The position numbers were made by a program, and so were the translations under genes. A DNA stretch of 64,000 nucleotides from an uncultured virus (IMG/VR IMGVR_UViG_3300026382_000008) (lineage: Duplodnaviria; Heunggongvirae; Uroviricota; Caudoviricetes). The stretch is taken from the IMG/VR virus record IMGVR_UViG_3300026382_000008, one strand, 5' to 3'. Shown here piece after piece: positions 59,034-64,000 of the stretch. The notes under the pieces were generated by a model, which had not been told where the DNA came from, ran no database searches, and saw only the letters and a program-made list of their open reading frames with translations. Within the stretch, counting starts at the first letter, position 1, and each line of letters begins with the position of its first letter.

Positions 59034-60467
59034 TTAAACAACTCTTAACAATTTTGAAGATTCGATTATTTTTACAGCTTCTTCTATAGCCTTAATACGT
59101 CTAGCAGGAATATCATGTTCATCAGCTTGAGATGATAGATCATACATATATTCTTCTGGTGTCAACTTTCTAAGAGCTTGCGATAGATATGCACCATATC
59201 CTAGTCTTATAGCAAAGGCATCTGCACTTTGTTCACTTCTTCTTGCATAAATTGTATAAGTATATTCTATATCAAAATCTATAAGTTTAGTTAGAAGTCG
59301 TAGATAAACAAATGAAAGTGATGTATATCGTCTTATTATTATTGGCAAGTTTATCCTAATAAACATATCCATAAGCAAAGATGAGATAAGCATTATGTAA
59401 TATGCATACTGTGATGACTTTAGATCATAAGCATGACCTAATTCATGAGCTATGATTGCTGCTAATTCTTTATCTGTAAATTTGTTAATGAAACGTCCAT
59501 CGTCCAACACAACAATAGTATGCATTAAAGGATGATAATAAGCGTTAAACTCTTGATCTTTCTTAATTACTAATTTTGGAAATTTCATATGTATTCCGGA
59601 TTTCTTTGCTGCATCAATAACTTCGTCATAAATAGCTCTGATTCTATCATACTTTTTATTGTTAGACATGTTTTTATGAAACTTATGTGAAAACGATTCT
59701 TTTATAGCTTGTTTGATGATTGAATCTTTTAACTTCTTACTCAATTTTAGACGTAATACAGTTAGTATCAAAAGACCAACATTCTTTGGAAAGTTAAGAT
59801 GAGTCTTACTAATTCGTTTTAACTGCCTGATTTCTTTCACTAAAGTTAAAGATTTCACTATCATTAAAACTGTTACAGCTAAAAGAAGATAATAAACCGT
59901 TCTTTCCCATGGTTTCAATAACTTAAGTGATTTAGGAATTAATGTTAAAGATTTCTTAACAACTTTGACTAAATCTTTATAGGTTACACCATGAACCTTA
60001 TGAAGATATATTAAAGCTAAAACTATACCTGCTAAAAATCCTGCAAAGAAATACGTTCCTAACTTTGATGTATCATCAGCATACTTAGTAAGCACTTTTT
60101 TATTGTAAGCTGGTATTGTATATGCTGAAGTATAGAAAAGAATATAAGATTCAAAAACTGCTTGTTGGAAGTTTTCAACTATAAACCAAAAACCAGATTG
60201 GAATAATTTGCTTTTGAAGAATGGTGTTTCATCATTTACTTCAGCTAATAACTGTTGTGGATCTTTCTTCAATAACTCCTCAAGCTCATCAACATATTGT
60301 GAAATCATATTCAGTTGCATAGCAGCAGATAACACAGAATTGAATCCTATTGAAAAACCATACATTACCGCAGATCGTTTAGATGAGAAATATTTTCCTA
60401 CAAATTTAGAAGCAAAAGAAATGGTTGCATACAATACAATCATTTCTTTAACATCATTATTTGTCAT
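59034..60467 (-). CDS. Membrane M48 (HtpX-like) zinc metalloprotease
   Basis: FNAY, ELAAIIAHELGH, EQSADAFA, ALRKL, H..PARRI; several TM segments. Confidence 0.85.
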   Translation of the reverse strand: MTNNDVKEMIVLYATISFASKFVGKYFSSKRSAVMYGFSIGFNSVLSAAMQLNMISQYVDELEELLKKDPQQLLAEVNDETPFFKSKLFQSGFWFIVENFQQAVFESYILFYTSAYTIPAYNKKVLTKYADDTSKLGTYFFAGFLAGIVLALIYLHKVHGVTYKDLVKVVKKSLTLIPKSLKLLKPWERTVYYLLLAVTVLMIVKSLTLVKEIRQLKRISKTHLNFPKNVGLLILTVLRLKLSKKLKDSIIKQAIKESFSHKFHKNMSNNKKYDRIRAIYDEVIDAAKKSGIHMKFPKLVIKKDQEFNAYYHPLMHTIVVLDDGRFINKFTDKELAAIIAHELGHAYDLKSSQYAYYIMLISSLLMDMFIRINLPIIIRRYTSLSFVYLRLLTKLIDFDIEYTYTIYARRSEQSADAFAIRLGYGAYLSQALRKLTPEEYMYDLSSQADEHDIPARRIKAIEEAVKIIESSKLLRVV

Positions 60468-60976
60468 CCATTATACCTCTGTATGTAATCTTTTAAATGA
60501 AATACAGCTTCCTCTAAATCACAAATTAAGTAAGACTTATTCTTTGAAATCATATAACTTGAAAGTCGGTTCAAAAATCGATCCAATGAAAAATCTTTCA
60601 ATACAGGAGTATCCAACAAATTCTGTATCTCAAATATCATAAATTTCGGATAACGTGATCTTCCTACTACTAAGCTGTAAAGTGGTTCATATCCTTTAAT
60701 CTGTATGAATTTACAAACATCATTTATTAATTGTTTCCACCAATCAGTAATAGGTTTGTTCCAATAAAACAAATGTTTCATATCCCACGATTCTTGATTC
60801 TTACATTCAATTATGAAATCTATATCCTTAAAATAAATGTCTCCAAACTCAGTTTGAAATACACCAGATGTTTGATTCCTATGTACATCAAACTTAGTTA
60901 AATCCCATTTCTCTTGAATTACTTTAGCAACTAAATCTTCAAGATATTTACCTTTACGTTTTGCCTTTGAAGACAT
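60464..60976 (-). CDS. Holliday junction resolvase-like PD-(D/E)XK nuclease
   Basis: KRKGKYLE, GDI, IIECK, WW.Q. Confidence 0.78.
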   Translation of the reverse strand: MSSKAKRKGKYLEDLVAKVIQEKWDLTKFDVHRNQTSGVFQTEFGDIYFKDIDFIIECKNQESWDMKHLFYWNKPITDWWKQLINDVCKFIQIKGYEPLYSLVVGRSRYPKFMIFEIQNLLDTPVLKDFSLDRFLNRLSSYMISKNKSYLICDLEEAVFHLKDYIQRYNG

Positions 60977-61073
60977 TAATCACCTCCATCCCTTCCATTT
61001 TCAAGAAATTTCATAGATCAGTTCTTCAATTCATGAAATCCTGGAATTTATTCAATATGAATTCTTAACACCT

Positions 61074-61332
61074 GATTTAAAAACTTTAATTAATTTAGGA
61101 AAAGAGGATTGTTTATATTATGAATACATCGTAAATTTCGATAGAGCAATTAATGTTTGACATCAACCTCATAACAATAAAGAATTTGCTATATGAAACC
61201 ATTATGTTGTTTGCTTTATGTAGATTCTATATGATATTGTCTATGGATTCTGTAACAACAAATTGCAGATATCACTTCTCTTATAATCTTTATCTTCGGA
61301 TTTAAAAACTTTAATTAATTTAGGAAAAGAGG
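61074..61332. repeat. 34-bp perfect direct repeat (61074-61107 and 61299-61332)
   Basis: GATTTAAAAACTTTAATTAATTTAGGAAAAGAGG twice, 225 bp apart, with a further imperfect extension. Confidence 0.9.
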
Positions 61333-61364
61333 TATGTTTATTTATAATGAAATCAAATAATCAT

Positions 61365-63182
61365 TTAAGCAACATTTAGCAATTTGTTACATTGATTGTC
61401 ATATTGAAACATTAATGTATCTGACAAAGTCTTAATGGCATCAAGCATTTGATATCTAATATAGTTGATGAATTTTTGCAATTGTTTATTTGAAGATGGT
61501 AACGTTTTCATGAATCTATATTGCAATAAATCTTTGATGATAGATTTTGCAGTTATTAGATGATGCCATTTTAAGCCATTTCTGATTCTCTTAGTAGTTT
61601 TTGTTAAACGTTTAAAATTGAATTTGAAATCATGAAATTTGCGAATAATTGTATCATTTTGGACGATTTGTAACTGTTTTATAGCTGAAAATATATCAAA
61701 AATTGATAACTCATCAACTATTAGGTTATAGTAAGCAATGATGAGTTGAACTAAACTTTGTCTATGAGGATGTGACATTTGTTGTTTATGATTGTTGTAA
61801 GTTTCAAAGATATCTGAATCTTTTCTCATAAAGATAATTGGTAATTGTGTTTGAGGATCTAAACTGATAAGAGATTTTGCTGTTGATAAGTTTTCAATGT
61901 GACTTATAATGATGTATCTTTTGTCTTTCGAATAACCAACAGTTTTGTAATTAATGATTACTTTCTTTTTCATTAAGAAATCAAGAACTTTGTTGATATA
62001 GCTTAGGTTTGGAAGTTGTTTGTTAAGAATCTGTTTGTAAATCTTTTTAAATTCTGATGATTTGATTTCAAATGTAACTTTACCATCAACATCTATTTTG
62101 CAGCTTTTTTGTTTCAACCAAAGATCAATTAGAAACATTCCAATTACACCAACTGTATCATAGAAGCTTGTTCTTCTATGAGATTCTTTAAAAGATTTTC
62201 TTCTATAAGTTACTTCTTGCTGTACATCTGCATTTACGTAATTGAGATATCCAAAGATTTGGTTTAGTTTGATTTCAGGCTTGGTTTTCCTTATAATTTC
62301 TATGAGACTTGGGAAACCAAGCCTCTTTTTTGCATTATCACATTTGACTACATCAAGGCGTTTATAATGTTCCTCATCAATACCTCTAATAAGTGGATAA
62401 AGATGTTTTTCAAAAAGCTTTAGTCTTTCATTTTTATCTTTAGTGATATATTTGTAACCTATTCCGTTTAAGCACATCCAAATAGGTTGTCTATTTCCGT
62501 GCTGGTATATCCCCGTCTCTATAAGCTTTTGGAGTATCAGTTTGAGATCTTCAATTGTGACAGTTAGCATATACTTAACTTTTTTGGTTCTTCTGAATCT
62601 CATTAGAGGATTATAATGTTTGTTGAAGATTACATCATCGAGCCTTACAAAGAATTCTGTAATAATGTCAATCATATCTTCTTTATCAAGAACCATTTGA
62701 GCTAATTCATAGAGATCAATTTTATCATTAGCCTCAAACATACATGTATAATATTTACTCTCCCAAGTTTGACAAATACCTTGTTGATGATTTGAAGCAA
62801 AGATAGGATCTGCATTAAACATTTGTACAAGTTTCCTATAAACAGCAGAATATACAATTTCATTAAGTAATGCTAGTTGTGGATTGAGTTGTTTCGATGT
62901 GCATAAAATTTTGAGTGCTTTAAAGTAAAGTTTTGATGAACAATCATATGTAGAGAGGGAGTCTTTAATTAAGCTCCAAGTTGTAAATGGTTTTAGATGT
63001 ATGTAAACGTGTGCTTTGTCAGAATTTTTTATGTAGAGGGAAACAAAAGGTTTGAATTTTTCAACAAGGTGTCCAACTTTGTGGAAACCTTGGTCAATGT
63101 CTAGTTGAATTTCTTTAACGAATATATCTGTGTCCTCAATCCTAAATGTGGTGAGCCTTTTATCTGTATATTTTTTCATCAT
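61365..63182 (-). CDS. ColE2-Rep-like primase, copy 2
   Basis: LDID, KAHVYIHL, FNADP, YQHGNRQ, DEEHYKRLD and GFPSLI align with copy 1; ATG 63182 follows SD AAGGAGGT. Confidence 0.6.
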   Translation of the reverse strand: MMKKYTDKRLTTFRIEDTDIFVKEIQLDIDQGFHKVGHLVEKFKPFVSLYIKNSDKAHVYIHLKPFTTWSLIKDSLSTYDCSSKLYFKALKILCTSKQLNPQLALLNEIVYSAVYRKLVQMFNADPIFASNHQQGICQTWESKYYTCMFEANDKIDLYELAQMVLDKEDMIDIITEFFVRLDDVIFNKHYNPLMRFRRTKKVKYMLTVTIEDLKLILQKLIETGIYQHGNRQPIWMCLNGIGYKYITKDKNERLKLFEKHLYPLIRGIDEEHYKRLDVVKCDNAKKRLGFPSLIEIIRKTKPEIKLNQIFGYLNYVNADVQQEVTYRRKSFKESHRRTSFYDTVGVIGMFLIDLWLKQKSCKIDVDGKVTFEIKSSEFKKIYKQILNKQLPNLSYINKVLDFLMKKKVIINYKTVGYSKDKRYIIISHIENLSTAKSLISLDPQTQLPIIFMRKDSDIFETYNNHKQQMSHPHRQSLVQLIIAYYNLIVDELSIFDIFSAIKQLQIVQNDTIIRKFHDFKFNFKRLTKTTKRIRNGLKWHHLITAKSIIKDLLQYRFMKTLPSSNKQLQKFINYIRYQMLDAIKTLSDTLMFQYDNQCNKLLNVA

Positions 63183-63435
63183 GTTCACCTCCTTGTGTTT
63201 TCTTGGGGTTTTTGGGTGCAACTCTTTTTGGGTTGCACCCACTCTTAAAATTAGCAAATTTGAGTGGGTTGTTTTACTACAAAAGTTTTCTATATGGTGG
63301 TTTCGGAGACCTCTGATGAAACAAAAAACAATCACACACAAACACAAGGAGGCTCACCACATTTCATAGTGTGCCATTCTTTGTAGAAGAGGTTTGGAGT
63401 CTGAGGTCTCCTACTCCCACCAATAAGATGTTCAA
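63183..63435 (-). promoter_or_regulatory. Structured leader of rep-like copy 2
   Basis: Inverted repeats 63340-63352/63188-63200 (anti-SD), 63350-63364/63144-63158, 63305-63313/63403-63411; hairpin 63214-63240. Confidence 0.7.
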
Positions 63436-64000
63436 TCATTCTGATGGAATAAGACGTCTTGATTTAAGCAAATACTTGTTTAACTCATCGAAAAACTGAA
63501 AAGCAATTACTCTGTCATAATCCATATCTGCTGTTCTCAATTTATCTTTAGACAATTCTAATCCTTCAACCAAATCTGTTGAATTAGCAAAAATGTAATA
63601 AATTGCTGAGAAGAAATAATCATAAAGATCTGTTACTGCTTCAGCATATCTTTCTGGAAACTTGAAATAACAAATCATAGAACCATCATCACCAGTCATT
63701 CTTTCTAGTATATGTTGAATTTCATATACAAGTGGAGTATATTCATAAGGATCAAAAATGGCTGGATATGTATGAAGCATAGAAATGGATGCTTTAACTT
63801 TCCATATGTTATGAGTTGGGTCATTAAGATCCGTTACTTCTTCGACTTCAGGAAACTGTTTCTGTAAAATTTTTGATGTTTGTTTGAATTGAAAAGGTTT
63901 AGCACGACCTTCATAAAGACATGATGTCAGTTTTACATAATCCTTTAAGTCAATAATTATTTTGTTATCATCATGAAGAAATAGTTTCTGTTGTTTTAAA
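63436..64000 (-). CDS. Hypothetical protein, 5' end outside the window
   Basis: Frame stays open from 63780 to the window edge. Confidence 0.7.
   Translation of the reverse strand, partial: LKQQKLFLHDDNKIIIDLKDYVKLTSCLYEGRAKPFQFKQTSKILQKQFPEVEEVTDLNDPTHNIWKVKASISMLHTYPAIFDPYEYTPLVYEIQHILERMTGDDGSMICYFKFPERYAEAVTDLYDYFFSAIYYIFANSTDLVEGLELSKDKLRTADMDYDRVIAFQFFDELNKYLLKSRRLIPSE

Noticed and set aside
63305..63335. CTGATGA as a hammerhead ribozyme core
   Set aside because: No stem II followed by GAAA, and no suitable flanking helices.
63183..63347. 55-aa N-terminal extension of Rep copy 2
   Set aside because: A strong AAGGAGGT SD precedes ATG 63182 and the extension coincides with the structured leader.
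24877..63369. Short + strand ORFs opposite the - strand genes (e.g. 26404, 28104, 38133, 48147, 60208, 63130)
   Set aside because: Antisense shadows of longer motif-bearing genes, with no recognisable motifs.
1..64000. tRNA/rRNA genes, reverse transcriptase, integrase or transposase
   Set aside because: No cloverleaf, RT (YxDD with upstream motifs) or recombinase signatures were recognised by eye; tRNAscan-SE and HMM searches would be needed to exclude them.

Overview
AT-rich (about 30% GC by eye), gene-dense segment of a large tailed bacteriophage genome. The host is probably a Gram-negative anaerobe or microaerophile (GH108 endolysin, class III RNR, many Fe-S enzymes; inference). The + strand block (188-24825) holds a ColE2-Rep-like primase, an endolysin, a tail fibre and a roughly 20 kb modification island. 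The island has eight radical SAM genes, a 247-aa protein ending in 18 C-x-C-[DN]-C-[DNH]-Y repeats (54 Cys), three paralogous GT-like proteins, a U32-family protein, a split transketolase, epimerases, a GT2 and two deacetylases. The - strand block (24898-64000) holds a family B DNA polymerase in pieces with a split family-4 UDG, a UvrD-like helicase, an HNH nuclease, tail/LamG/chaperone genes, nucleotide metabolism genes (Ndt-like, dCMP deaminase, nrdAB, nrdD, two NrdG-like activases), an M48 protease, a resolvase and a second Rep-like primase. Three signals stand out. (1) The non-coding leader of the first Rep gene is almost entirely a mosaic of 7-17 nt reverse-complement copies of scattered parts of its own coding region; the second Rep gene shows the same logic, and both share a hairpin with an identical CCAAAAAGA loop. 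(2) A phage-borne Cys-repeat substrate sits in a cassette with multiple radical SAM/SPASM enzymes next to a tail fibre. (3) UDG and PolB are spread over three genes. All functional calls come from motifs read by eye; no database search was run.
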